This document shows, one piece after another, positions 19,678 through 30,314 of a stretch of DNA of 64,000 nucleotides. The DNA comes from Candidatus Heimdallarchaeota archaeon (lineage in GTDB: Archaea > Asgardarchaeota > Heimdallarchaeia > Heimdallarchaeales > Heimdallarchaeaceae), in NCBI GenBank assembly GCA_019057815.1, contig JAHLWR010000001.1, positions 64,001 to 128,000 of the forward strand. Reading direction: 5' to 3'. Position numbers and translations under genes: made by a program. The number at the start of each line of letters is the position of its first letter. Positions within the stretch are counted from its first letter, which is position 1. Below the pieces are notes generated by a model, which saw only the letters and a list, made by a program, of their open reading frames with translations, was not told where the DNA came from and did not search any database.

Positions 19678-19753
19678 ATTTATCACCTAACTATCATATA
19701 ACATTGAGATATATTTAGAGTTATCCTTAAAAAAGATAACCAAAACAAGCAAT

Positions 19754-20326
19754 GTGATATTGATGAAAATTGTTTGTTGCTCCAAAAACCCTGTAAAGAT
19801 TCAGGCCGTTAAAGAAGCGTTTTCTTCTTATTTTGAGACTTTTCAGCTTGAATCTTTGGACATGAAACCTTATTCTTCTGTCTTGTTACAGCCACTTACT
19901 CCTGAGAAGACTCTTGAATCAGCTGTTAACAGAATAATTACGGCACGTAAGTTGGAAAAAGCTGATTTTTTTGTTAGTCTCGAGGGAGGTATGGGGAAGG
20001 ATCAATATGGAGCTTTTCTTACAGCTTATGTTTGTGTTTCTAATGAAGCTAATGCAAGAAAAATATCCGTTTCTGGTGGGTTTCGAATGCCACTTCCGGT
20101 AAAAATCTACCAGAAATTAGAAAATGATAGAAGTCTAGAGCTTGGAGACATAATAGACATAATTACTGGAGAGAGCAATGTAAAGCAACAAGGGGGATCA
20201 GCAGCTGTTTTTACTGATAATCGGATTCACAGAAAAGATGTTTTCAAACAAGCTGTTATTTTTGCTTTAATCCCATTTACAAGTGATAAATACAAAAGTC
20301 TTGAGATTTCTAATAACAATGACTGA
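19754..20326 (+). CDS. yjjX: Inosine/xanthosine triphosphatase (YjjX/DUF84)
   Basis: SKNPVKIQAV, QP...AVNR, LEGG, ELGDIID, KQQGG. Confidence 0.85.
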   Translation: MILMKIVCCSKNPVKIQAVKEAFSSYFETFQLESLDMKPYSSVLLQPLTPEKTLESAVNRIITARKLEKADFFVSLEGGMGKDQYGAFLTAYVCVSNEANARKISVSGGFRMPLPVKIYQKLENDRSLELGDIIDIITGESNVKQQGGSAAVFTDNRIHRKDVFKQAVIFALIPFTSDKYKSLEISNNND

Positions 20327-20355
20327 TTCCTCAAATTATCTAATGAAAGAGTTTT

Positions 20356-21192
20356 TTAGAAATACTCTTTCGTATTTAATACATAATAAGCACCAAAGAG
20401 AAATGCAACAATAGCTATCATTATTACGAGAAATGCTTGCCAGATATCCATAAAAGAACTAGCAATTCTTAAAGGGAACGTTTCTACTGCTACTATTGTT
20501 TTAGTAAGATAACTATGAATGTAATAACTCCCAAAAATATACCTAATATTGTCGAATAGCGAAACAAAAAGTCTGTAACCTGATAGTTCATAACCTAGTA
20601 CATAGATTACTGAGAATATAATCGAACGTTTAGATAAAGTTCCAAAAAAGAGAACAACAGCAATGATCAAAAGAACATACAACATCACAGCTACGCAAAG
20701 ATGGCACAAATCAATAAGACCTGTTTTGAAATCAAATTGAGGATCTGCTGCCCCATATAATAGAAAATTAATAATTACAGGAGGTAAAGATAGCAAAAAT
20801 CCAATTGGAACTAATGACATGTATTTTTGCAGGATTATCCATAATCTTGAAACAGGCCTCGTTAACAGATAAACAATTGTATGATTTTTTTGTTCTTCTC
20901 CTAAGGAGATAGAAGTGAATATTGCTACCAGTATGGGAATAAGAACATAAAGATAAATAATATAGATATTATTTATGAAAAAAACAACAGCATCTTCACT
21001 TGACAATGCCCAGTTATTGTGATTTCCAGAAATCCGTTGAAAAACATAAAATAAAGGTATAATGATAGGCACTAATAAAATAACTTCAATAACTATTATA
21101 CGTTTTATTTTTAAATAACTAAAGAAAGAGTTTTTGAATATCTCTAAATTGAAAGCAAGTTTTCCTGAATTAGTACTTTTCCCTTGTCCCAT
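20356..21192 (-). CDS. ABC-2 type permease
   Basis: Six TMs; EQKNHTIVYLLTRPVSR motif. Confidence 0.85.
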   Translation of the reverse strand: MGQGKSTNSGKLAFNLEIFKNSFFSYLKIKRIIVIEVILLVPIIIPLFYVFQRISGNHNNWALSSEDAVVFFINNIYIIYLYVLIPILVAIFTSISLGEEQKNHTIVYLLTRPVSRLWIILQKYMSLVPIGFLLSLPPVIINFLLYGAADPQFDFKTGLIDLCHLCVAVMLYVLLIIAVVLFFGTLSKRSIIFSVIYVLGYELSGYRLFVSLFDNIRYIFGSYYIHSYLTKTIVAVETFPLRIASSFMDIWQAFLVIMIAIVAFLFGAYYVLNTKEYF

Positions 21193-21196
21193 TTAA

Positions 21197-22132
21197 TCAC
21201 CTTATAAGATACCTAAACACTGAATCAAGATTATCATCAGTTGATGATATATGAAAAACATTTAATTTGTTAGATTCAATTATTTTGGGGAGTTGCCCAT
21301 AGAATTTTGAGGGGTTACTCGTTTTTACATACAAGACTTCCTCTCCATTCTCATCTTTTATGAAACTTATATTTTGAATGTGAGATAGTGATAGCATATG
21401 TTCAGCAAGCTTTCTTACTTTAACCCCTTTAATTTTTACTTCGTGTGGATATTGATAAATAAGTTCTCTTATTTCATGTATTTTCCCCGAAGCAAGTACT
21501 TTCCCTTGGTAAACTAGCAATATTTTAGGAGATATTTTTTCTATTTCATGTAATACATGAGAGGAAACAATTACTGATTTTCCAGCCTTACTCATATCTT
21601 TTATTAAAAACATAAGCTTAATTCTTGTTACTGGGTCAGCTCCCGCTAAAGGTTCATCCATTATCAATAGTTCAGGATCATGTGCAATTGCTTGAGCGAA
21701 TTTCATTCTTTGCTTCATCCCTTTTGAATAACCTCCAATTGCTCTATCTGCGGCTCCTTCCATTTCAACAATCTTAATAGCTTCGTTCGCTAATTTCACT
21801 GATTCTGAGCTTGAAAAACCATATAGTCTGACTAAGGAGGTTACAAAATGCCTACCTGTTTGTCCATAGTAGAAAGCATCATATTCCGGACAATATCCTA
21901 TTCTCTTGTAGAGAAGCAAGTTCTTCCACGGATTTTGTCCAAGAGTAGAAATTTGACCTTTTGAAGGTTTAATTTGACCAATCATAAGTTTCTGAAAAGT
22001 AGTTTTACCTGCTCCATTTGGTCCCAATAATCCAGTAATTCCACTCTGAATGGTTGTATTAACTTGATTAAGACCTACAACTTTTCCATAGAAACGGGAT
22101 AAATCGACAGCCTCTATTATATTTGCACACAT
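21197..22132 (-). CDS. ABC transporter ATP-binding protein
   Basis: GPNGAGKT, YSKGMKQR, MDEP, SSH. Confidence 0.93.
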   Translation of the reverse strand: MCANIIEAVDLSRFYGKVVGLNQVNTTIQSGITGLLGPNGAGKTTFQKLMIGQIKPSKGQISTLGQNPWKNLLLYKRIGYCPEYDAFYYGQTGRHFVTSLVRLYGFSSSESVKLANEAIKIVEMEGAADRAIGGYSKGMKQRMKFAQAIAHDPELLIMDEPLAGADPVTRIKLMFLIKDMSKAGKSVIVSSHVLHEIEKISPKILLVYQGKVLASGKIHEIRELIYQYPHEVKIKGVKVRKLAEHMLSLSHIQNISFIKDENGEEVLYVKTSNPSKFYGQLPKIIESNKLNVFHISSTDDNLDSVFRYLIR

Positions 22133-22143
22133 ATCATTTTCAC

Positions 22144-23112
22144 CTATTCAGTTAATTCTAGTTTTCTTATTTGTCTAATTAGGATGTAGAGGAAAATCAC
22201 TATCAGAATGACAATAAACAGAAAACATATACCTACACTTATGGGGGAAAGGGTAGCTGCAATTTCTTGGGTACTAGCGAAATAATCGGAGGGAGAAACC
22301 CCAATTAACCACAGTTGAATGACTTTTAGACAAATTGGTAAACTAAATAAATACCAGAAATCTATACCCAAAACATTCCTCATGATTTGAGAAAATAGAG
22401 TCGATAAAGGATTAATTGCTGCTGTTAACATCCCAACATACAATCCACGTTTTGTAATACTTGAGAGAGATAAAACCAATGTCATTATTAAAAAACCATT
22501 AATAAGGCCAGATAATAAAGCTGGGAAGTAAACTGAAACAATATCTAATGCAACTTGACTGAACGATCTTTCCATTAAGATTTCCAGTGTAAAGAAGTAC
22601 AATGTTGTTGGAACCCAAGTAAAAGAAAGAACATAAATGAAAACTGCACCATATTTTCCAATAACATATTCTGCTTTTCTAATAGGCCTAGAAAGATACA
22701 ATGTTATAGAATTGTATTCCCTATCATTAGATATAAGGTTGGATCCTACCCAACCAATTAGAAGAACATCAAAAAAACTAAATTGGGAACCTAACATTGC
22801 TGCAAAGACTCGCAGGAAAGCTGTTTTGCCTGCAAAAATAGGAAGGAAGGTTGGTGACATCATTAACCCAAAAAGAGCATCAAAGGAAAGCATAAATGTT
22901 ATACCAGAAATCCCGAAGGATATTAATTTAAAAATTCCAATAACTAAAATAGCAATTCGCGCAAAAATTAATAATTTTACAACTCTTGAACCAAGTGCTG
23001 TTTTTGCTTCAACTATTGCAATTGTAAGGACCCTATAAATAGTGCCTTTGAATTTCTTTTCCCATTTTCTATACCCTAAAGAGTAAATCTGAGAAGTGCT
23101 TTCACTTTCCAT
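22144..23112 (-). CDS. ABC-2 type permease
   Basis: Multiple TMs; DREYNSITLYLSRPIRKAEYVIGK. Confidence 0.85.
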   Translation of the reverse strand: MESESTSQIYSLGYRKWEKKFKGTIYRVLTIAIVEAKTALGSRVVKLLIFARIAILVIGIFKLISFGISGITFMLSFDALFGLMMSPTFLPIFAGKTAFLRVFAAMLGSQFSFFDVLLIGWVGSNLISNDREYNSITLYLSRPIRKAEYVIGKYGAVFIYVLSFTWVPTTLYFFTLEILMERSFSQVALDIVSVYFPALLSGLINGFLIMTLVLSLSSITKRGLYVGMLTAAINPLSTLFSQIMRNVLGIDFWYLFSLPICLKVIQLWLIGVSPSDYFASTQEIAATLSPISVGICFLFIVILIVIFLYILIRQIRKLELTE

Positions 23113-23123
23113 TGTTTTCCCTC

Positions 23124-24041
23124 TTATATATCCTGTGATTTCATTAATTCCACAAAGAATTCTTCGAGTGTATAACGTTCTCTTTCTAGAAGCATAAGCT
23201 GAAAATTATTTGCTGCTGCAAGTTTTATTACTTTGGATGGAACATCTGCTTCTCCTTGAATTATCAGTATTTCATCCTTAATTGACACATCCATCATACC
23301 ATTATTAACTAATATTTCATAGAAGGTTTCTGGGTTATTCACCTTAATTTTGTAGAATTCTCTATCTTTGGTTAGGAGATCATTCAAATTGCCATATTTA
23401 ACAAGATGACCTTCTGATAATATTAAAGTGGTTTCACATGTTTCCTCAACATCAGGTAGAATATGAGAGGATAGTAAGATATGTTTACCATTTCGGTTTA
23501 GATCACGTATTAGTTCAAGCATTTCTTCTCTTCCTACTGGATCTAAACCATTAGTAGGCTCGTCTATTAGTAATAAATCGGGATCATGAACAAGAGCTTG
23601 CGCCATCTTTAAACGCTGTATCATACCCGCAGAATATGTTCCAGTCTTTCTGTATCTTTGTTCCTTCAGACCTACATAATCTAAACACTCATGAGCTCGT
23701 TGCATTGCATCTGCTTTTGGCATGCCTACTAAACGACCAAAATATGTACAAACTGATACACCATCCATATCTAGTGGTATGCATTTTGCTTCAGGCATAT
23801 AACCAATTAACTGTCGAATTCTACGCGCATCTTTAGAACTGTTATAGCCCAACACATAGGATTCTCCCTCTGTAATATTCAATAACCCGATTAAACATTT
23901 AATCATAGTGGACTTTCCACTACCATTTGGTCCTAGAATCCCTAAAGTTCCACCATGAAATTCAAAATTTACGGATTCTATACCTTTTATAGGGCCATAG
24001 AATTTTGTTAAATTCTTCGCCTCAATAATAACATCGGGCAT
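23124..24041 (-). CDS. ABC transporter ATP-binding protein
   Basis: GPNGSGKS, YSAGMIQR, DEPTNGLDP, SSH. Confidence 0.93.
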   Translation of the reverse strand: MPDVIIEAKNLTKFYGPIKGIESVNFEFHGGTLGILGPNGSGKSTMIKCLIGLLNITEGESYVLGYNSSKDARRIRQLIGYMPEAKCIPLDMDGVSVCTYFGRLVGMPKADAMQRAHECLDYVGLKEQRYRKTGTYSAGMIQRLKMAQALVHDPDLLLIDEPTNGLDPVGREEMLELIRDLNRNGKHILLSSHILPDVEETCETTLILSEGHLVKYGNLNDLLTKDREFYKIKVNNPETFYEILVNNGMMDVSIKDEILIIQGEADVPSKVIKLAAANNFQLMLLERERYTLEEFFVELMKSQDI

Positions 24042-24193
24042 AAGACTTACTCTCTTGAGTTTGTACTCCGACTATTATAAAGCTAATTGTTTTTTATCTC
24101 AAAAATGTATGACTCTAGGAAAATTTGTTTTATCGACACATTTTATAAAGCTTGGAACAGAGTTGGTATTAGAAAATTAGAAAAGGGATTATC

Positions 24194-24442
24194 ATGAAAG
24201 ATAAGATCCAAGAAGTATTAAACGAGATTAGAGTTGCTCTTCAACAAGATGGTGGAGATATAGAGTTAGTGGGTGTTGACGAAAATACAGGTGTTGTTAG
24301 AGTAGAGTTACAAGGCAGATGTAGAGGGTGCCCCTATAGTCAGATGACACTCACAGGCTATGTGGAGAAGGTTCTGAAAGAACGAGTCCCAGAAGTTACT
24401 GAAGTTTTAAATGTAAACTTAGAATCCATGAAAACTTCCTAG
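24194..24442 (+). CDS. NifU C-terminal (Nfu) Fe-S carrier domain protein
   Basis: LQQDGGDIELV, GRCRGCP. Confidence 0.92.
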   Translation: MKDKIQEVLNEIRVALQQDGGDIELVGVDENTGVVRVELQGRCRGCPYSQMTLTGYVEKVLKERVPEVTEVLNVNLESMKTS

Positions 24443-24497
24443 ATTTCTATGCAAAACGTTTTTATTTCGTTTTTTCTAATAGTAAAAAGGATTAATC

Positions 24498-27044
24498 ATG
24501 GTTTCTACAATTCCTCCGGAGATAGCGGTCCACCAAAACCGAATCAGCCCTGAGCTCAGAGATTTTATTGCTCAAACTTTAGGGATGAAAATAACACCTA
24601 AACCCGTTACACAATTGATTAAAACTCTTTGGAATATCATTGATGACCCAGTTTATGAAACGGATGAGGAACTCAAGTATTTAGCAAGTAAACTTGGCGT
24701 TATTACGGGAAATTATGATTTATCGATCAAATGTATCTCTGATTCAAATGTTGGCACCAAAGTTTGGGGAAGTGTTGGTCTTTTTGAGATAGGACAAGTC
24801 GACCAAGCATTCAGAGGTTTATTTGAGGTCTTAGAAGATGAAAATACAGATGTTGTTCCCCTCATTGAAGCTTTATTTTGGATAATTTATCTTAAAACAT
24901 TGATTGGTGATACAGAAGAACTAGAGAACTTTAAGGAATTATTACAATTACTTTTTGAAGAGAAAAAAACGATGTTAATTCCTGTTCAGTTACGTGAACT
25001 CAAGAATTTCGCAGATGGACTAGTCGATCTCTATTCTTCGAATAGCGTCTCTGGTATCAAGAAAATAGAAGAATTTTATCAAAATCGAAAAGAAGCAAAG
25101 GATCAATATTGGCTACTACTTTCTCTTCTAGTAATGGGAGAACAAAAACTTGATACATCTGATTTTAAAGTTGCAGAAGAGATTTATAAAGAATCTTCGA
25201 TTCTAGCTTCTAATCTTGCAAACATTACTTTGACAGAGGCAGCTCAGATAGGTACTGCTAATGTTTTTTATCTAAAAGGGTTATTAAAACATGGGAATGT
25301 TATAACTGCAAAAATAATAGACAAACTTCAAGGGCAATCTCACTATTATTCAGGAAAAGCTCACTTCATACGGGGTAAATTACTAGCAAAACTAGGACAG
25401 CACTCATCTGCAAGGAATCACTTTTTTGAATCAAATCGTTTAGCTGAGAGATATGGTGACCATAATAAGGAATTTTTATCACTACTAGCCATAGCAGACA
25501 ACTACTCCAATTTGGATGAAATGGATAAAGCAGAGGAGTTATATGAGAAAGCTTACACGCAAGTAGTCAATATTTCAAACAAAAAGCAATTTACTAAAGC
25601 TTTGACCCAACTAGTTATTGGTGATTACAAACAAGAAAAATACGAAAGAGCGTTTAGAAGAATAGATCAAATTGAAACGCTTTCCGAAGAAATATTATAC
25701 CAAAAGGGGAAAACAGATGCTTTGAGATTACGTGCTCAAATAGCTATATTAAGGAATCAAGATCTAGACAAACAAATAAACGTTTTAAAAGCGTGTCAAG
25801 TCCTTTATACAGAAATTAGAGACGAAGAAAATGATGCAGGTTGTTCTATACTGATTGCAGATGCATATAGAAAATCTGGTCGAAATGAAGAAGCTGCAAA
25901 GCATCTAGAGGAAGCTAAAAATTTCTATCTAACAGTACATGATAACATGAAAATCGCACAAATTAAAGAACTTCAATCTACATTCGATGTCAAAGAGGGA
26001 AGATACGATGAAGCTTTAGTTAAATTAAGAGCAGCATACAGCCACTATTCTGACATCTTTGATCGCACTATGAGAGCTAGATGTTTACGAAGAATTGCAG
26101 ATATATTAGTACTAAAAGCTAGTTTTGTAGACGGTATAGACCGCTATGAAAAAGTAAGGAACAGTTTAATAGACTTCAAGAAAGGCACCGAATCAGCGAT
26201 TATTAATTTAAATGAAGCAAGAGTCATTCACATTACTGAAAAAAGCAATAAGAGTCTCAAATATTTTGAAGATGCGGAAAAATACGCGAAGGATAATAAG
26301 TTAACACAAATGGTGTTTAAAATTTATACTGAAAAAGCATATTCTTTAGCGTTACGCGGAAATAAAAATAAATTAAAAGAAATAAAGGAAGAAATTGACC
26401 AACTAGAAGGAATAGAAGATAAAACTAAAAAAACTTGGAATAATTTCCTAACATCTACAAACCTAATTCAAGAAGAAGAATATCAAGAAGCATATGAATT
26501 ATTACTTCAGATCCTACATGATTCTTTAGAAAAAGACAGTTTAATGCCTTTGGGAATTCTTTTTAGTATTCTAAGAATACTTATGACAATTAATAGATTA
26601 GATATTGATGATTTCACTGTTGAAGAAGTCAACAATTATTTAGGATTAACGAAAAGTTTGGTTGCGGAAACAAACTTCTTCTATCTCCAAGGCTTAGTGA
26701 GCTTAATTGAAATAGTTTTGCAATATATAACATCTAAAAACCAAAATATTGCTGAAACAATTGTTCAAGCTTCAACATTTTTTGCAAGTACTGGTATGGA
26801 AAAATTCAGCACAAAATTACTGATTTTGCAATATAACATCAGTGTTTGGGAAGACAACGTCGATAAAAGAATCAAGCAAATACTTGGGTCACCAAAACCG
26901 TATGATTCTCCATTTGAAGCTTTATATGAGTTAGTTGACCAAGCGAGATTCTCTTTGTTTATTGAAAGAATAAGAACAACTGAAAATGATTTTGTACAAG
27001 AACTGAGCTTTGTGAGTAAAAAACAGAAAACTAATCTCTCCTAA
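24498..27044 (+). CDS. Large TPR-repeat protein
   Basis: All-helical; repeated TPR-like units (e.g. KLGQHSSARNHF, SGRNEEAAKHLEEA, EGRYDEALVKL). Confidence 0.75.
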   Translation: MVSTIPPEIAVHQNRISPELRDFIAQTLGMKITPKPVTQLIKTLWNIIDDPVYETDEELKYLASKLGVITGNYDLSIKCISDSNVGTKVWGSVGLFEIGQVDQAFRGLFEVLEDENTDVVPLIEALFWIIYLKTLIGDTEELENFKELLQLLFEEKKTMLIPVQLRELKNFADGLVDLYSSNSVSGIKKIEEFYQNRKEAKDQYWLLLSLLVMGEQKLDTSDFKVAEEIYKESSILASNLANITLTEAAQIGTANVFYLKGLLKHGNVITAKIIDKLQGQSHYYSGKAHFIRGKLLAKLGQHSSARNHFFESNRLAERYGDHNKEFLSLLAIADNYSNLDEMDKAEELYEKAYTQVVNISNKKQFTKALTQLVIGDYKQEKYERAFRRIDQIETLSEEILYQKGKTDALRLRAQIAILRNQDLDKQINVLKACQVLYTEIRDEENDAGCSILIADAYRKSGRNEEAAKHLEEAKNFYLTVHDNMKIAQIKELQSTFDVKEGRYDEALVKLRAAYSHYSDIFDRTMRARCLRRIADILVLKASFVDGIDRYEKVRNSLIDFKKGTESAIINLNEARVIHITEKSNKSLKYFEDAEKYAKDNKLTQMVFKIYTEKAYSLALRGNKNKLKEIKEEIDQLEGIEDKTKKTWNNFLTSTNLIQEEEYQEAYELLLQILHDSLEKDSLMPLGILFSILRILMTINRLDIDDFTVEEVNNYLGLTKSLVAETNFFYLQGLVSLIEIVLQYITSKNQNIAETIVQASTFFASTGMEKFSTKLLILQYNISVWEDNVDKRIKQILGSPKPYDSPFEALYELVDQARFSLFIERIRTTENDFVQELSFVSKKQKTNLS

Positions 27045-27050
27045 ACTTTT

Positions 27051-28301
27051 TCAAAATAGACCAATATCTTTTCTATGAAACAGTTTTCCTTTGATTTTTG
27101 GAATATCTGCCATGACACTCTCACGTGCATCTTGTAATGTCGTTCCTGTTCCAACCACTGCGATAGCTCTACTCTTTGTGGTTAATATTTGATTATCACG
27201 TCTGTATACTGATGCATAATATAAATCATAATTTTGTGAATCTTTAACTTCAATAAATTGATTTTCCAATGGTTTAGTGGGATATCCTTCAGGAACCAAG
27301 TACACACATGAAGTAGCTAAAGGAGAGAATGCTACATTTTTCAAGTTTTGATCAATCATACTCAAACATACACTGTTAAAACCTGTTTCTTGAATTTTTA
27401 AAACATTTAATGCCTCAGGATCACCAAATCTAGCATTAAACTCTACTAAGAAAATCCCATTGTCTGTCTTCATAAATTGTCCATACAAGACTCCTATATA
27501 TGAAAAACCAGTCTTTTTATGAATTATTTCAACAACTTTCTTCATAATTTTGAGTGCTGAAACTGTATCCGCACTGGACAAATATGACAAAGAATGTGAT
27601 GGTAAGGAATATGAACCCATACTTCCAGTATTTGCTCCTTTATCACCATCAAATGCTCTTTTATAATCTTTAACAAGTGGCATTGGAATCAAAGTTTTTC
27701 CATCAGTATAGGTTTGAAGAGAAAATTCTTTTCCCATCAGTTTTTCTTCAATTATAAACTGTGATTGTTGCTTTTGAAGGATTTCAACGTAATCTTTAGC
27801 TTGATCATAATTTGAAAAATGATCACCATATACTCTCACTCCTTTCCCACCTGTCAGACCATCAGGTTTAATCGCTATCTCTATTCCAAACTCTTTTATC
27901 GCATTTTTAAAATCATCTAGTGAGCTACAAATCCTGTATTTTGGATTACCTGGAAGGTTATTTTCGTCTAGTAACTTTCTCGCATAAATTTTACTTGATT
28001 CGATTTGAGATACGACCTTTCTAGGACTACAGGTTGGTATATCTAGTTTCTCCTCAAGATAATCTGCTATACCCTCTGCTAAAGGTTGTTCAGGTCCAAC
28101 TATAGCATAGTCTACTGATTTAAAATTGTCCAACTTTTTGAAATCGTTCAAATTACCTATCAAGAACTTTTGCGATAAATCAGCAATTCCTGGATTTTCT
28201 TTTGACATATAAGAGAATAAGATACCATTATCTTCTACAATTTTTTTGGCTATTGCATGTTCCCTTGCCCCATTTCCAACAAGTAATACTTTGTAAGACA
28301 T
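27051..28301 (-). CDS. purD: Phosphoribosylamine-glycine ligase
   Basis: VGNGAREHAI, VGPEQPL, GLTGGKGV, GANTGSMG, EFNARFGDPE. Confidence 0.95.
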   Translation of the reverse strand: MSYKVLLVGNGAREHAIAKKIVEDNGILFSYMSKENPGIADLSQKFLIGNLNDFKKLDNFKSVDYAIVGPEQPLAEGIADYLEEKLDIPTCSPRKVVSQIESSKIYARKLLDENNLPGNPKYRICSSLDDFKNAIKEFGIEIAIKPDGLTGGKGVRVYGDHFSNYDQAKDYVEILQKQQSQFIIEEKLMGKEFSLQTYTDGKTLIPMPLVKDYKRAFDGDKGANTGSMGSYSLPSHSLSYLSSADTVSALKIMKKVVEIIHKKTGFSYIGVLYGQFMKTDNGIFLVEFNARFGDPEALNVLKIQETGFNSVCLSMIDQNLKNVAFSPLATSCVYLVPEGYPTKPLENQFIEVKDSQNYDLYYASVYRRDNQILTTKSRAIAVVGTGTTLQDARESVMADIPKIKGKLFHRKDIGLF

Positions 28302-28304
28302 TTC

Positions 28305-29702
28305 TTATCCCTCTTCATAATGGCTTCTATTTATTATTTCACCATTCAAATACTTGATCCGAAGCTCCGCAGCGAATTGTGTAGGATAACTTCCAGATAA
28401 ACATGCTGTGCATAAATCATTAATCCCAATTGATTTTTTTAGCGATTCTATTTTTTGATAATATAAATTATCGACATCTAATATTTCCTTGATTTGCTTC
28501 AAAGTATTTCCAGAAGCTATTACTTCTTCATCAGATGGGAAATCAATTCCATAGTAACATGCAAAACGTATAGCTGGACATGTAATAGCGAAGTGAATTT
28601 GATCTACACCTAAAGAGCGTAAATCGCGTATTATTTTCTGACTAGTTAGTCCCCTTACTATTGAATCATCAACAAGTAGAATCTTCTTTCCTTTAATGTA
28701 TGAAGGTATATAGAGGTACTTTCTTTTTGCGGCGTTTGTTCTCTCTTTTTCGCTCTTCATGATAAAAGTTCTTTGTAAATATCGGTTTTTTATAATTGCT
28801 TCCCTAACAGGTATGTTCAACTCCTCAGAAAGACCTTGAGTAGCTGGTCTAGATGTGTCAGGGACTGGGATAATATAATCTATCTCAATATCATCTTGTT
28901 GGATTCTATGGGAGAGTTCCCTACCAAGTGATAACCTGATATCATATACCAATTGTTTCTCAATAACTGAACATGGGTTTGCAAAGTAAACATATTCAAA
29001 CATGCAGTGAGCGTGATCAGCATTGCAAAGTTGAGCTCGTTCAAGTGAATTTTCTGAAAAAATAATTAGCTCTCCTGGTTTAACATCATCAAATTCCGTT
29101 ATACCCATATTCTGGAGAACCACACTCTCTGAAGCAATTACAGTTAGAGAACCATTTTTCCCTATCACAAGAGGACGAATCCCTTTAGGATCTCTGAAAG
29201 TGAACAAGGTTTTTCCAAGTAATCCAATAATTGAATAGCTCCCATCAATGCTATCTATAAAATCTTTAACGGATAATTTGATATCTCCTTTGTTTCTATC
29301 AAGTAGATCCCCTAGAAAATCTGCAATAAAATTGGCATCACTTTCATACTTCCTTGAGGTTAGTTGAGAGAGATTGGTTGTATTGCCATTATGAACAATA
29401 ACTAAAGTGCCATATTTACTTTTCACGGAAAAAGGTTGAGCGAAATTATCAACATTCGTGAAATTAGTTCTAGTCCCAAAAGTAGGGTACCTGGTAGAAC
29501 CTAAGAGAAAAATAGCTTTTTCATCTTCACTAACTTTCAATAAATCAGGATAAGCATCAATCTTACTAATAGATAATTTGTTGTCATTTTCTGAAATCCA
29601 AGCTAAGCCACTTGCATCTTGTCCTCTATGAGTTAACATTTGGAGTAGAATTTTACCTTGCTCAAGCGTTGTTTCACCTTTAACTCCTAGAACACCACAC
29701 AT
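28305..29702 (-). CDS. purF: Amidophosphoribosyltransferase (4Fe-4S type, no propeptide)
   Basis: MCG N-terminal Cys, HRGQD, CMFEYVYF, VDDSIVRG, CYYG, CTAC. Confidence 0.95.
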   Translation of the reverse strand: MCGVLGVKGETTLEQGKILLQMLTHRGQDASGLAWISENDNKLSISKIDAYPDLLKVSEDEKAIFLLGSTRYPTFGTRTNFTNVDNFAQPFSVKSKYGTLVIVHNGNTTNLSQLTSRKYESDANFIADFLGDLLDRNKGDIKLSVKDFIDSIDGSYSIIGLLGKTLFTFRDPKGIRPLVIGKNGSLTVIASESVVLQNMGITEFDDVKPGELIIFSENSLERAQLCNADHAHCMFEYVYFANPCSVIEKQLVYDIRLSLGRELSHRIQQDDIEIDYIIPVPDTSRPATQGLSEELNIPVREAIIKNRYLQRTFIMKSEKERTNAAKRKYLYIPSYIKGKKILLVDDSIVRGLTSQKIIRDLRSLGVDQIHFAITCPAIRFACYYGIDFPSDEEVIASGNTLKQIKEILDVDNLYYQKIESLKKSIGINDLCTACLSGSYPTQFAAELRIKYLNGEIINRSHYEEG

Positions 29703-29704
29703 TA

Positions 29705-30310
29705 TTATTCCTCAACAATTATTTTTCGTTCTTTTATGCTTATTTTACCTTCAGAAATCAGTTTTAATGCAAGGGGTAATATCTCATGTTCGTGTTTTAG
29801 AATTTTCTGAGATAAAGATTCCTCTGTATCGTCGTTACTAATTTCTACCGCTCTCTGTAGTATTATAGGACCATAATCCACTTCCTCACTTGCAAAATGG
29901 ACAGTACATCCAGAGATTTTGGATCCATGATTGAGAGCTTGTTTTTGTGCTTTTAAACCTGGAAAAGCGGGAAGGAGAGAAGGATGAATGTTTACAATTC
30001 TATTAATGAATGTATTTACAAAGAAAGGAGTAAGGATTCTCATAAATCCAGCTAATACTATGAGATCGATATCATGTTTGTGCAATACTTTTACCAATTG
30101 ATTATCATATTCTTCTCTGGAATTATAGGAATTTGATTCAAGAATGATAGCTTTTTTATTATATTCCTTAGAATATTTCAAACCTTCAGCATCTCGTTTA
30201 TCTGAAATAATAAGACTAACTATTGCTTTACCAAGAGAACCTTTTCGTTCAGATTCCAGTATAGATTTAAGGTTTGAGCCTCTTCCTGATATTAATACTG
30301 CTAGTCTCAT
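29705..30310 (-). CDS. purN: Phosphoribosylglycinamide formyltransferase (folate-dependent)
   Basis: ISGRGSNL, LAGFMRIL, NIHPSLLP, GCTVH, DYGPII. Confidence 0.95.
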   Translation of the reverse strand: MRLAVLISGRGSNLKSILESERKGSLGKAIVSLIISDKRDAEGLKYSKEYNKKAIILESNSYNSREEYDNQLVKVLHKHDIDLIVLAGFMRILTPFFVNTFINRIVNIHPSLLPAFPGLKAQKQALNHGSKISGCTVHFASEEVDYGPIILQRAVEISNDDTEESLSQKILKHEHEILPLALKLISEGKISIKERKIIVEE

Positions 30311-30314
30311 TAAA

